Shown: positions 32,552 through 45,917, numbered from the whole stretch's first letter. The stretch is 63,421 nt of DNA, filler included, from Catajapyx aquilonaris (GCA_000934665.2; 4 parts of 4 records of this genome joined end to end with filler, not necessarily neighbours in it), one strand, 5' to 3'. Numbers and translations: made by a program. The notes: generated from the letters alone by a model not told the origin.

Positions 32552-35500
32552 GAAAATGGGGCCTAAAAGAACAAACAGCGGGACCTTGGAATGCAGTCCA
32601 GACTCAGGAAGCATGAGGAAGCTTTCAACTGTTGAATCTGTAGGGAGCTTGGGTGATTTGGACTCAGAGTCTTCAGGATCAATCACAACCACAGCCACAA
32701 CTGGTGATCTTGACCTTGACAGAACTGGCATATCTGATCCGAGGTAAATTATCAAGTTAATAGAATTTTAAATCATTATTTTTAAATTTACCTTGTTGAG
32801 AGAGGAGAGCACTCTTTTAGGGGGATGGAACACCATCATTTTTTGTATTACAGTATATTTTTTCTTCGAACTCCGTGCAGAGAAGAAAGGACATGAGGTA
32901 GGGATGGAGATTTTTGGGGAGGAGACATGGGTGCTAGTGCAACGCCTGAAACTGGGTCATATGCAGTCTCCCTGGAGGTTAGGTTGCCATACGCCTCCAA
33001 GGCGCGAGTCAGAGACCCCCCTGACGCAGGCAAAAGGGACGAGCTCCCAGGCAGGGATCGAACCATGCCGCTCAGAAAGTAGAGTTGTCACCAACTCGGC
33101 CACCACACCTCCCCTAAATTATCTGGTTAACAGAACAGAATAGTGAAAATTGAAATCATTTGTATGAGAATTGAATTGGGATATCTGATTCTTCATCTCA
33201 TTCCGAAAAATGTGAATGAAGTGTGTAGGAAAGACCTATGTACAAGGTTCACTTAGATCAAAGTGAAGCAGTCAACTGTACACAGACTGGTTGCAACCAA
33301 CTCCAGAATAAAATGTGCGAAAATTCCAGATATATCTCACCTGCCACTGAGCTAAATTTCGTTCATATCTGAATGGTAGGGTAGCCATAAAATATTCCCA
33401 AAGGGCCCTCCACACATGTTGGATCCAATAGACATGATTACAGCTGTCACACAGTGACATATGGGATAGAAGCCAAAGGTGGAAGGAAAAGCTGCAATAT
33501 TGACTTGAATGCATGGTTTGTTCAGATGTACTCCTCAAGACCACTGTGATATACCTGCTCCCACTACATCCAATACACAAACTGCGTCAGTGCTATCAAT
33601 CAGCAACAGTGGTAATTTTATGGCATGTGCACTGGACATGCGGTCCTCAGTGTTCGAAACTGAGACATATAAGCAGGTCGCCAAGTGGCATCTGAAAACT
33701 GATATGTGGCCGCCAAAACTGAATGTCAACTGAAGGTCTAAAAGATGGGTTTGCTGGGATAGATTTTTTAAAGGTGAAAGGGGCTGTCTGGGGGTAGGAG
33801 GAGGGAGGGGGAAAATGGTAAGTCAACGTTTGGCCGAAAATGAGTCATGGGTGGTTTCAGTTTCAGTCCCAGTACCGTGACGGACATTGGGACAATAGCA
33901 GTAAACATGAAAAAGTCTACTCTAATCACACTCACATGATTTGCCAAACTTGTTTGTATGAAGGTATTGTTAAATATGATGACTTGACCGTCAGGGGCGG
34001 ATCCAGACTTTCGATTTGGGGGGGGTCATGCCGTCATGGTCCTTTCGGACCGTTCTGTACCATACCACAGACTAGGTGGCGTTTGTGAGGCGGGGCGGGG
34101 GCATAAGTCGAAAAGGGCGGGGAGCAAGAGCGCCGCAGGCGAAAATTTTTGGGGGGTTCAAGGTCACACGAGCTTAGGTGAATGTAGGAGATTTGAATGG
34201 GTGTGTACAGTATTTGATGAAATTGGTAGCACTTTTTCCCAAAAATCATCCTAATTTGCAGATAAAAATTTGGAGAATATTTCACTTTCCATGGTTTGGG
34301 GGGGGTCATGACCCCCGTGACCCCCCCCCTGGATCCGCCCCTGTTGACCGTAGCAGGTTGGTGTAGTGGTTAAGGAGTCTGACTGCTAATCGGGAGGTCC
34401 TCGGTTCGATTCCCGGGGCCGGCGATCCTGACTGTGGTTTTCCGTGGTTTTCCATGGTCCCACCAGGATAATTCCAGGGTCGCTTCCGTCCAATAGGCCA
34501 CAGCCGCTTCCTTCCTTCCCTATCCTTGGCCCCATCCATGTGTGAGGAAGAATTTCAGAAAGATTGAGACGTAAAATGGTGGTATTTCACACACACACAC
34601 ACCCCTCCCTAATGGAGCGCCTACTCTCCCAATGGGGTAATATTAATAAATATTAATAAATATGATGACTTGAGATTTGTGAGATGCTGTACCTTCTTAC
34701 ACAGTATTGGATTACTGGAGCCAAGCCCCACCATTGCCAGCTCGTTCTTGCCTGTTGGGCAGGGCTCAGGGATCCAGAAGCCTTCAGAGCCTAATATTGA
34801 CTTTGAGTTGGATGTCAAAGTTTTTATCAACAGTGGAAAATGCGTCTTGCACACCAAAGATCCGTCCAAAGATGATGAAAGCAAGCAGTGAGTCCTACTG
34901 TATTTCAGTAAAATAGTATTATGCAATATGTTCCTATTGAAATGTGTAGTGATTAGCCACTTTTATGGTGCTGAGCTGCTGATTATTAACAATTACTTTC
35001 AGTTACCTGCTGCAGTTATTTCAAATACTAACTGCTAGTATTAGGTAGAATGGAAGCATTCATTTAGGCCGTTTACCCCTTCACTACCAGATAGCGATGA
35101 GATTCGCTTCTGTTCAACTTACGGACAAGATATGTTACAAATAATAACAGCTATACTTACATGTTCATGCTGTACACTATGAATATGTTTGGAACAAAAG
35201 ACGTCCCTAAATTAATTTCCAAAAAAATCACTGTAAAAACATGATTTTAAATTACTGCCGGTCAACTGTTAGGCCGATTTAATTATGAAATACTTTAAAA
35301 TATATGGAATGACAACCTTGAGAATCATGCTATGGCGAATCTGCTGAAACTGTTGTACTTGCAAGAATTAAATCAATTTTGGAGTTTCCGAAGTGAGAGG
35401 CAATCCACAGTAAGTATTAATTTAATTCTCACGAAGTATGACAATTTCAGCAGATTTGTCATTTTAGCAGGATTCTCAAGGTTGTTGTTCCGTTTATTTC

Positions 35501-38500
35501 AACGTATTTCATAATTAAATCAGCCTAACAGTTGGCCGGTAGTCATTTAATTTTGAATTGTTAAGGTGAACTTTTTGGAAATTAATTTTACGACTTCTAG
35601 AAGTGGAAAATTATTATTAGTAAAATATCTTGTCTGTATCTTCAGAGTACATGCAAGATGGACAGAAGCGAATCTCATCGCCTAGATCTGCTAGCGAAGG
35701 GGTTAATTGCAATGATTTTCAAGATAGAGAAACTTAAAGTGACCCCTTTTGATCAACTGACATTTGAGGTCTGTGGTTGGTTACACCAATTTTTGAAACC
35801 TAGACTTTCCTGCATTTGTTTGAAAAGATGCACCCCTTCAACATAATATTAGCAACTAATATTTTTGAAACCACTGGAAAGTAGCTGTTTGAAAATAATA
35901 TCTTAAAAATAAACGACTTAAAAGTCTCTACTTTAAAAAACCACTATGGACATTTCAGTTGTAACACACTATATATTCTCCTTCTTGGAATCGCTATGCT
36001 GGAACTCCAGTGGTCTGTACCATAAGTTTTGTTATTAACTCACATCTGTATCAGATGAATGTTGAGGACTCCTGTGTCAAGTTGGTATTTCCAAATTATA
36101 GTTGGCCTGAAGAATTAAAAATGTACCCTCCCCTCACAACCCCTCTGCAATGCCCTCCCTCTCTTTCCTCCTCCTCCTTTCTTCGTTTCCTCATCTTCAG
36201 GGTGCCAACAGGACTTGTGGGTGTGCTTGACATCTTTTCTGTTTGGGTATATGAGCTAAATTATGAGACATATGGTGTAGCCCATTTATGTCTTAAGAGT
36301 GATTTTACATTGCTGTGAATGAACTGAAAACTTTGATTGTAGGACCAGGATGAAGAAAGAGAAGAGTATGTCTGGAGGGATTAGTGATTTCACCGGAAGC
36401 CCTGGAAGCACCCGCCGCCGCTATGACACAATGCGCCAGAATGCTTCCTCGACCCGTTTGGCCAACCTTCGTGGTACTGCCACCCAGTTGGTGGATCTCA
36501 CTATTTTCCGCATTCCTGGATTGGATGTCAAAGTTCACTACCAGTCCAAGACCAGTGAGGTGGCCACTGGTGGTCATCTCTCTCCAAGAGTCCCCACTGT
36601 GGCAGAGAGAGTATCTGTGGATGGAATGGGGGTGGGTGGGGTGGGACAGACTGCCTCCCATTTACTTAAGGGAACCAGCAAGAAGGCAACCCTGTTTGCA
36701 TGGATGACTCTTCAGAGTATTCCAGAGGAGACCATCATCAGCCCACACATACTGGAGTTCTTAGAGCAGACGCTGGAACCTATTCCAATGGCCGTTCCAC
36801 ATTTGAAGACACCTGCAGGTCTGTTATAGTCAAGCTTTCAGTGCTGTTAGCATGTTTCAGTGTGCTTTACTAATTAAATTATTGCTTTAATGACCAGACC
36901 CCATGAACAGTGTGTTCGCAATGGACCTGGACACCTCGGCATCGTCCAGCACAGCCCCGGGAAACTACACTTATGCATCATTTCCAGTGGATGTCATTGT
37001 CTACTTCCACATGCAGCCTTCCACCTTTCGTTTTTCCTGCCTTCCCATGTCTAGAGTTGAGTGCCTGTTGCAGCTGCCATCCCTTGACCTTGTCTTCTCC
37101 TCAAAAAGGGCTGAGGAAGAGCTTTACAGGTCAGACTAATTATTTCAGGAGTATCTTTCTATGATTCTGATCACGTGATTTTTGTTTTCTATTGCACATG
37201 CTTTGGTTGACTCAACATTACAGGAAAACTTGAATTGAGAATGTGATTAGCCACAAAAAGTGTGAATAAGGAGTACGGGAAGTCACATTCCTCAAGTAAT
37301 CCATGAGTTAACAGAATATGATTATTGCAAAACATGACACATCAATAGTACTGTATGCTCATGGATGTCTCGATTATTATTGTTGTTGTTGTTACTATTG
37401 CTATTGTTAACTAAAAACTGGTGACCGAAGCAGTTTGGAGCAGGGGATATGGTGTCCGCCTGCTAATCGGGAGGTCCTGGGATCAACTCCCGGGGCCGGC
37501 GACTCTGACCATGGTTTTCTGTGGTTTCCCACGGTCCTTCCAGGAAAATTCCGGAGTTGTTTTCCGTAATTAATAGGCCACAGCCGCTTCCTTCCGTCCC
37601 TATCCTATCCCAAAAAGCACAGTAAAATGAAAGCAAAGAGTTCCAGGCAGAACAAAAAAAAACTTCCCCCCTAAAGAGCCGATAGGCTGATAACGGGGTA
37701 TGAATTATTATTATTATTATTATTATTAACTAAAAACTGGTGAACCGCCAAATTGTATATGTGAGATGAAAGTAGATGTTTTTCACTAATTTGAACATGT
37801 TGATCAAGAATATGAATGTAAAAATCGCAGATTTTCTCTGGTTTTCAAGACCATGTGGGAGGGAAGGGGTGTACTGAGAAGGGTCCCAAGAAGTGGAGTG
37901 ATTTTAATACCACAAACCTGCCAACCCATCTTGAAAGAGCAGGAATGAACGATGAAAGTAACAATCTTTGCAATCACATTTTCAGTCTCTTGAAGAGTCT
38001 ACACAGCCATGCAAAATTACCGACACTGAATTAAATGATCTAGTTAAAGATCTGGATTTGCCAAAAATGAAGGCAGAGCTGTTGGGATCCAGACTGCAGC
38101 AATGGAATCTTCCAGAAGAGAAGTTGACTCTTTCTGGGTTTCACAATTGGCAAAATGATCTGCTTTCATTTCAAATTGACAGGTAACCTTCTTGCTGATG
38201 TTGCTGTAGTGGGTCTGATTGCAGCACCCAAAATCCACTGCAAAGACAAAATATTGGATTCTGCTGTTTGATTTGTCGTAGTTAAGTTTAAAGACATAAT
38301 GGTAATGTTTTACTGTCTCTTCCCCTTGAGTATGCAGTCCTGTGGAAGCCCAGAAGGGCCACCATGCGTACTATTTTCCATCATGCATACACTTTTCAAA
38401 CAGTGATATAGAGTTGTCATGCCTTGCATGTGATAATTTCTGAAGTACCTTGTGTCAAATTCAAGACACATTTCAACTCCATATCTTGCTCAGATTCTTA

Positions 38501-40896
38501 TCGGCCTCACTTATCACAGTGGGCTGTCCAGAGTGGGTCACATTCTGAGCTGCCATTACTAAAAAATCTACCTATGATACAATGTTTCACTGTGCACTCA
38601 TCTAATATTGAATTTTTGCACATTCCCATTAAAATTTTTTGTCAGTGTACCACAAATACTGCTGTGGATCCTGTTCTGGGTAATAACTAATTCACTTAAT
38701 TAGGTTAAGTCTATTGTCCATTGCACCTGATTGTCATTAAGCCTAGTTATATTAATAGTAATTGGATGCACAATTGCATTAGTTGCATTGCAGAGCAATA
38801 ATTGTATTGTGACTTGCTATGGCCCCACCAAACCTTATTCCATATCATCAGATATTTCTGTTGTTGGTCAACCACCTCTCAGTACAGTGCTGGACATATT
38901 AGCCGTAGCTGAATGTTTTTTTCCGGCGGCGGCGGGGTTACCTGGCAACCCTGTCCGGCGGGCCAATTCAAACATCAGCCCATGGAGAGCGCTTCCATTG
39001 TTGCCACTGTTTACAAATCGAGTGAGTGGGGGGAGGTGTGGTGGCTGTGATGGTAACGTCACGGCTTGCTGAGTGAAAGGCCCCAGGTTCGATCCCCGCC
39101 TGGGGAACTTTCCTTTCACCTGCGTCAGGAGGGTCTCTGACCTGCACCAAGGAGGTGTCTGGCAACCTAACCTCCTGGGGAACAGCACATGACCCATTAG
39201 CTACGACATTGCACCTTGCACCCTTGTTCCCTCCCCAAAAATCCCTATCCTTTCCCATTGTCCCTGTTTCCTTGCACCGGTGAATGAAGCGAAAATATAT
39301 ACAGAAAACTGATGGTGGTATGCCACCCCCCTATAGCTCCCATATGGGACATCACGGGGTTAAAAAAAATAAAAAAATCGAGTGAGTGAGTGCGCAGGCA
39401 GAAGAGACCCGTCGCTGGGTCGTCCGCATCACTCACTCGATTTGTAAACAGTGGCAACAATGGAAGCGCTCTCCATGGGCTGATGTTTGAATTGGCCCGC
39501 CGGACAGGGTTGCCAGGTAACCCCGCCGCCGCCGCCTCCGGAAAAAAACGTTCAGCGACGCCTAATTTGTCCAGCACTGTACCACTTTGGTGTAATATAA
39601 TCGAGACTGTACTGTTCGTTCCATAATGTGTTGTTACTATAGCATGTGCAATTGCCTCCGGTCACTTTTAAGAAAATGGGAACTCGGTAGCGAGGACCAC
39701 ATACCTTGATGTCCTTGTTATTGCTTTTTATTCGATTTCCAACAATGTTTGTGTAGGATTGAAGGTTTTGTTGCGTGTGAGTTCCCAAGTAATTTTTTGG
39801 TGGGGTCAAATGAGGGCAACTAAGCAGAGTAATTCAAATGCAGTGAATTTGGTGATAGCCACGTTCTGAAGGGACGTCCGTCGGGCCTTGATTCCACGTC
39901 TCAGGCAGCTATTGGAGGACTGAGTGTCACTGGCTGCTTGGCTGACTTCTCCGTGTACATCTTTCATCCATATGGTGGAAGCAAAAAAACTGGTGAGAAA
40001 AGTATTTTCTGTTAATAACAGTTGTCAAGTGATTAATAATTATCCGTGTAAATATCATGTGAAAGGAAATATGTTGCAAGATTTTGACATGGGGAAGAAT
40101 TATCTTCAGTTGAAATTTTAACTAATAATATCAGAAGCAAAAGTGATATGCAATTATTTCCTATCTGGTGAAAATCATGGATTTAAGTATGTGGATTTCC
40201 AGTTTTTTAACCTTTTTGATGGCCACAGGACATTATAAGGTGCAGGAATTTTCATTTTAACTTTTACGAGAATGAGATCATGCCCAATGTGTAGATTCAC
40301 ATGTTACTCACTGAAATTGACTTTTAACCCTTTGAAGGCTGAGTTTTTGAGCCATTGCCTTACCCCAGGGCCTGAGTTAGTTCTTTTTCCCTTTTTCCGG
40401 AAATTGGATGAAGAGTGATATCAATGAATAATAATCCCCGGACTACCCGGATTACCCCCAGACTACCCCCCGGACTGCCCAGATTACTCTCAGACTACCT
40501 ACAGGGGTTAGACAAAATAATGGGGCCCTCTGCAAAAAGCGGGTGAATTTTCTCTTCCATTTTACTCAAAAACTGGAAAAGTCACAGAGATTACTTTTAC
40601 TGACAGTTACTTGTGTAACAGCAGTATTGGGCAATTCCATGGCGCAGCCGTCCGTACGTAACGCAAGTGTTGCCTACGTGCACAAGAGTATTTTGTTATA
40701 ACAATGCCAGGATGCATGCACTGCATGCTTAATCCATTTCATGTAATGTGTGGGTATTGTTACAATAAAATACGCTAGTACATGTCTGCAAAACCTGCGT
40801 TACGTACGGACAATATGGCCGCCTTTCGTGGAATTGCCCATTCTCATTGGGTGTTATTAGTCAAATGGCCAAAAATTCCACATGAAATGGGGGGGG

Positions 40897-40933
<37 letters not shown>

Positions 40934-43900
40934 AAAAAGTGGCCTAAAATCTATCACATGGTATTTGCACAATCCCTAAGCTGTTGCATGTTGCAATACA
41001 TAATGTAGGTGAGGCAGAGTGGTAATGCAGAAACGTATGCACCCACAGATGTAATGGCCCCAGATTCAATCCCAAGCTCAGGTTTTCCTCCCCTTCCATC
41101 TTGTGCAGAGTTGGGTCGTTTCTGGGTCCATCTTGGGTGGGATTCAATATTGTCATTGAATGCAAGCACCATTATGAACTTTGCCACAATATGCAAGCTA
41201 AAACTTTCATTAACATTTCATTATAATTGTCACTAACTATTGCACATGGGTTTTATGTTACGGTATTCTTAAGTTGGAATTTCATCCTTGCAGGTACAAA
41301 AGAGCAATGGTCACCACTAAGCAATAGTGAGCGTAAAGATGCCTTGAGCATAAATGTGGAGTTTGTGAAGTTCCATCTCTCGAGGAGTAGAAAAATCAAC
41401 CTAGTCCAACAAGCAGAGACCAACTATACAAGACTTGGGAGGCCACCCTATCCAGAACAGAGCAAGGCTGTTATCCGCTTTTCCAGTGAGTAATACCTTT
41501 TTACCTTCAGAGGAACTTCTGGAAAGTAAAGAAGCCACTGTTTTTGAACTGTGCTGCACAGTGAGGTATCATATTTTATGAAGAGGTAGATAATTTAACA
41601 TGGATCATGCAGGAATTTATATGGTGAGTGTTTGTTTCCCCAAGCCCCCATTTCAAGAGAGGGGTAGGAGAAGTTATGAATTGTTCATCCCAGCAACTAG
41701 TTTGAAAAGAAATTTCAATCACAACAAGTTCATGTGGCACTGATTGTTGCTTTTAATGGATTTCTACCATTTAAACAGGCTATAATGGTAAACAATCCAT
41801 AATTTCTTCCACTACTTCCCTCTTGGACTGGGGATTTTGGTTTGCACCACCTTACATAAATTATGAGAAATGGATAGAGTTGGCCTTACTGGCTTGCGGG
41901 AGGCGGGAGGGTAGTAGTCGGTGGGGGCAGCGGGCTGTGTCGCAAAGGCAAGGATAAAGGATAGGCGTGTATCCGTTGAAGATAGGTCTGTATCCTCAAG
42001 GAAGTAAGGTTAGGCTTGGGTAGGTTAGGTTGGTACAGCATACCCCTTCCAAAATCCAAAAAATCAATCCTTGCATCGTCGCCTTTGCGACACAGCCAAG
42101 CTGCCCCCAGCCACCACTCACCCTGCCACCTCCCGCAAGCCAGTACGGCCTGCTCTTTCCTGAGAAATACATCAAAAAATTCTCCCAATACCAAGCAAAT
42201 ATTTCATAACAGACGAGTTTCCAATGAATTCTGGACTGATCCTGGATTCGTTCCAGACGTAGTTTACTGTAACTTGTCATCTATTAAACCAGCTTCAGGA
42301 ATTCACATCAGGTATATGCTTCACTTGGATCGGAAGTTTCCATGTGAAGTCATGCATTGCAGAGCATTCAGAGTCACCATGTAATGATTTCAATATATGG
42401 CTTTTTTGTTTGTTTATAGAGTGGATTATCCCTTATGGAGTACCTTTTTTTCCACATTTTTCTGGGAGAGTGCAAATTCTTAATGAAAAAGTGACATGAT
42501 AATATGCAAGTATTGATGAATGATTTTAATACTCAATGCCTAGAGTCACTCAATTTCGACTAAAGTATCATTTTACGAGTAAGATATTAATGTTATCTTG
42601 CTAAACTAGGTTCAAGAGTGTAAGCTAATTTATAATCTACCTGTACCTTGTGTGAGGAGAATTAGGGGAACTTTCTATACCAATGAGAAATGTTAATTTT
42701 TATATGGCTTTTACAATTCTTGTTTTTAGCAATTGTGGATATCGGTTCTGCATCATTCAAATATGACATGCGCCGCCTGACAGAGATCCTGGCCTTCCCA
42801 AAGGCTTGGTACCGCCGCAGCATAGTTCGGCGGATGTTTCTGGGTGATCTTAGCATGGCCTCAACCTACAGTGAAGATGATGTCTTCTCTATTGCTGGAT
42901 CTGATGATGGAAGTCCTAGGCAGGGTAAAGCCAACCTCTCAGCAGGAATAGACGGAAGTACAGGTGGAGGTGGAGTGGCAAACGGGAATGCCTCCCCTAT
43001 GCCAAACAGTGATCCCAGGACCTTTGCAGTAGGAGGGTCTGCACGGGAGAAACTTAGGCTTAACCTAAATGGTAGGCAATGCCTTGCTAGGAACTAGGCA
43101 CATATTGATCACAATTGAAGACCTGAGGAGAAAAACTATCAAGGTCCACCTCAGGTGAAACTGAGATATTCCCATTTTAAATTTTGAAGCCGCATAAGGC
43201 TCCATTGTAAATCCCACTTTCAGGGCCTTCCATAGACCAAACCATAATATTCTACGCTAGTGACTTTATCTTCTGAGATATGGAACTCATTTTTGACAAA
43301 AAGTGGACCTTGATCATTTTTTCTCCCAAGGTCTTCAATTATTTGGAAGTCCAGTGTGCACAGTTCTTTCAGGGGGGCAAGGTAATAGCTAAAATGCCTC
43401 TCAAAGATACAATTTCCTATTCACACAACTCATCTGTACATCTTTTAAGGCAGTACTTGTGAGGGCTGTCATAGACACACATATAGCCTCACCTGACCTG
43501 TTACCATTTAAAACACACAACTTAATTCTGGGATAACTTTGATTTACATTGTGAGGGCAGCACAAGCCCAGTCCCTGTCCTTTTGAGGGAATTCTATGTG
43601 ACATGCATTACTAAAAACAACTGGTGACAGCTAAGGTTGTGCACACACACTTATACACATATCCTGTAATATTTATTTGTTGTTAGTGGAAGTGTAGCTC
43701 TAACATGCCATATAATTTTCCAGGACAGCGAAGCAGTCCTCAAAGCAAAGCTCAGACCCCAACGCCAAGTCCACCAGAGGTAAAACCAGGCTCAAACTGG
43801 GAAACCTTGGTCCTCTTTGCCATTAACTTCACTAAGTTGAATGTCCATATGAACATGGGAAATGTCATGGGAAATGTCATGTGGCTCACAAAAGACTTTC

Positions 43901-45917
43901 GATCAGAGGGACGTCTTTCCATTGGGAGCAGTGGACACAAGAATCTATACATTGGCTTTGGCTTGGGAGGGTCCAGCCTGGATGCCAAGGGTGGTATTGT
44001 TGGTGGAACTATTGAAGTCAGCCGAATTGACACTTACGGTATGTTATGATGTTTAAACATTTTAAACATTTTCTCAAAGAAAGTTAATGTGATTGTGGTC
44101 TTTTTTTATCTTGTTTGATAGAAAATTAATGAATATAAGAAAATTAATAATTAACTATAATTTTAAATGTTCAAACTCTTCATATTGGATAATAACTTGA
44201 CAATGTATTACTTTAGTTCATGTACGTGAAGACCGTGGCATCGAACCTGATCATGTGCTAGGACTGAAGCTGTTTGCAGTAGAGCTTCGGCTTGACTACA
44301 CCTGCACCAGCACTAGTGTCCTGATGGGTCGTGTCAGCATGCTTGAAGTGACCTTGAGGGATGAGTGGAAGGTCAGCTGCCGAAAGAAGTCAACTGATAC
44401 CATTCTCCCAACCAGAAGGTAGCTCAGAAATTTACTTTTTAAATATTGGAGGTAGTGAAACTTTTTACAGACATTCGGTGGTACCTTTAATGGTATTTTG
44501 TATGACTTTGAGGTTTTTCAGAAGAACGAGAGCATATGTAGGATTTGTAAAAACAAATTTACATTCCTTTACAGTACACAATTAAATATTTCACTCTACA
44601 TATTGTATTTTTACAAATGCACTTAGGACTGATGTAGACTGGTAGTGTACATTCTAAACAATACCATTTCAGGCCTGCAATGATCATAATTCATGGTGAC
44701 CTGGGCTGGGATCAACTTCAGTTGATGATATCAAGGTCAACGACTGCAGACCTACTAAAGATGTATTACAAGCTGGAGGAGTTCTTCTCAAAGCAATTCA
44801 AGAGCAGCAAATGGGTGTTTTCCAGCCTCAACCAACCGAAGATACAGAGACCTAGCTTCAAGAAAAAGGTCAACAGCAGCAAGCTTAAGGCAGCTGGAGG
44901 TCAGTTTTAATGTTGAAACTAATTGATTAAACCTTCCAAGTAGTGCATATTGTGCTACATAATTATGTGAAGAGTACTTTCAATTCTGCATGAATCAATA
45001 TATGGACAACATTCTGTACTCAATAGCAACAAATAACTTTTTTGTAAAATGTGTGTGAAATCAAGCATGTAATCTGATATCAAACAGCACATTTACTTTT
45101 TTAGCGATGGAATTTCAGCACTTCCCTCAAGCTTTTCAGTACATGTAAGATTGCTAAATGTAGGCTTATAAATACCCAGATTAGTTATATTTAAGTGTGT
45201 GATGGTTGTGAGATGTCACCTAATTTATTTATTTATAATCTCTAGTACTGGGTATCCCTATTCAAGATGCACGCCACCACCGCCATTGGCAGCGTGTTTT
45301 GAGCAAGGTGGCAGGACTTCAGTTGGCCAACCTGCCCAATCCTCTCCCAACCACAGGAACCGTCCTAGGAGGGACCATGGACTTCCATGGGACCAATATT
45401 TCCCTCTCCTGCTTCCATGGGATGAACTTCAAGTCCAAATCATGGGCACTATTCAGCCTCAGGGAGCCCTTCATCACGTTCTCAACAGAAGCTCAGGAAC
45501 TTCCAGGAGATGGTCAGTAATTTGAAATACAGTAGCTGTTATAAAAGTTCAGGATGAGGACACATGAACATCTTCCTAGCACCTTATAGAAAGGTCCTTT
45601 GCACAACTTTCGTAATAACGGTCAGTGTGATATACCTGACAATGAGGTCAAGCACTACCCAAGTGTTGTTGTTATACACATAATAATTGTATTATACTAG
45701 AGCAAAATCTTATTAATAATGTTTGTTTTCACAGACCCTAAAGACACTCATGTGGTCCAGAATTTATCCTTCAGCCTTGGCATCATGGGTCAGCAGCCTG
45801 TGGGCCACACCAGCATGTGTAATGTGTGTAGGGTGGTGCGCAAAGAGGGATTTCCTCCACAGTTCCGCACCATTCAGGAGTGGTTCCACTATGCATTTGC
45901 AAGCAGCAACATTGATG
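32552..45917 (+). CDS. tweek: Bridge-like lipid transfer protein 1 (tweek/KIAA1109), internal C-terminal-region exons: 32552-32743, 34705-34887, 36343-36818, 36898-37129, 39844-39992, 41294-41485, 42730-43071, 43724-44038, 44217-44418, 44673-44899, 45246-45512, 45735-45917
   Basis: Motifs DFELDVKVFINSGKCVLH, IPGLDVKVHY, LQSIPEETIISPHILEFLEQTLE, DFSVYIFHPYGG, DIGSASFKYDMRRLTEILAFPKAWYRRSI, WETLVLFAINF..LNVHMNMGNVMGN and ARHHRHW match the KIAA1109 FSA_C region. Introns are GT-AG and phase-compatible. Both ends are off the contig. Confidence 0.9.
32785..33114 (-). mobile_element. tRNA-derived SINE, family C (diverged)
   Basis: The reverse complement has a GGGGAGGTGTGGTGGCCGAGTTGG head, GGTTCGATCC, and the shared middle domain and tail. 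Confidence 0.8.
33992..34343 (+). mobile_element. hAT-type MITE
   Basis: TIR CAGGGGCGGATCCAG / CTGGATCCGCCCCTG and 8-bp TSD TTGACCGT. Related internal sequence occurs at 31756-31900 and 59252-59345. Confidence 0.88.
34348..34656 (+). mobile_element. tRNA-Ser(GCT)-headed SINE, family B
   Basis: TGGTGTAGTGG A box, GACTGCTAATC, GGTTCGATTCC, and 17-bp TSD TAAATATGATGACTTGA (33971-33987, 34657-34673). Confidence 0.85.
35076..35702. mobile_element. Foldback MITE, piggyBac-like termini
   Basis: CCCCTTC...GAAGGGG|TTAA, with long inverted arms (GCGATGAGATTCGCTTCTGT; CCGGTCAACTGTTAGGC.GATTTAATTATGAAATAC). Confidence 0.65.
37425..37725 (+). mobile_element. SINE family B (short form)
   Basis: Ser-like head, Deu/Nin-like body, (TTA)n tail, 18-bp TSD TTAACTAAAAACTGGTGA (37407-37424, 37726-37743). 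Confidence 0.88.
37950..38340 (+). pseudogene. Decayed DNA transposase fragment, probably Chapaev3 (CMC superfamily)
   Basis: ITDTELNDLVKDLDLPKMKAELLGSRLQQWNL and downstream SLK..HNGNVLLSLPLEYAV match motifs I recall from Chapaev3-type transposases. Frameshifted. Confidence 0.6.
38885..39579. mobile_element. Tc1/mariner-type palindromic MITE interrupted by a SINE
   Basis: TA|CAGTGCTGGACA...TGTCCAGCACTG|TA with near-perfect inverted arms of about 140 bp. Confidence 0.85.
39029..39374 (+). mobile_element. tRNA-derived SINE, family C
   Basis: Identical over 127 bp to 22422-22548; 14-bp TSD AAATCGAGTGAGTG (39015-39028, 39375-39388). Confidence 0.9.
40629..40839 (+). mobile_element. 211-bp MITE with GGGCAATTCCA termini
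   Basis: TIR GGGCAATTCCA / TGGAATTGCCC. A second copy at 60410-60620 differs at two positions that I can see. Confidence 0.85.
40899..40932. repeat. (GT)n microsatellite preceded by poly-G
   Basis: Direct reading. Confidence 0.95.
41011..41140 (+). mobile_element. SINE family A, diverged 5' fragment
   Basis: Aligns by eye with 1678-1803 (AACGTATGC.CCCAC.GATGT, GTGCAGAGTTGGGTCGT). Confidence 0.7.
41888..42145. mobile_element. Palindromic MITE with internal AGGTT motifs
   Basis: TACTGGCTTGCGGGAGG / CCTCCCGCAAGCCAGTA and GGCTGTGTCGCAAAGGC / GCCTTTGCGACACAGCC inverted pairs. Confidence 0.75.

Noticed and set aside
34348..34425. tRNA-Ser(GCT) gene, and similar heads at 1676, 15986, 22392, 37425, 39029, 53452 and 61149
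   Set aside because: The heads lack a proper acceptor stem and run into shared SINE bodies, tails and TSDs.
38731..39072. ORF with a signal-peptide-like hydrophobic start
   Set aside because: It has a non-ATG start and runs through MITE and SINE sequence.
42005..42032. TTAGG-like insect telomeric motifs
   Set aside because: Only a few imperfect units, located inside a palindromic MITE.
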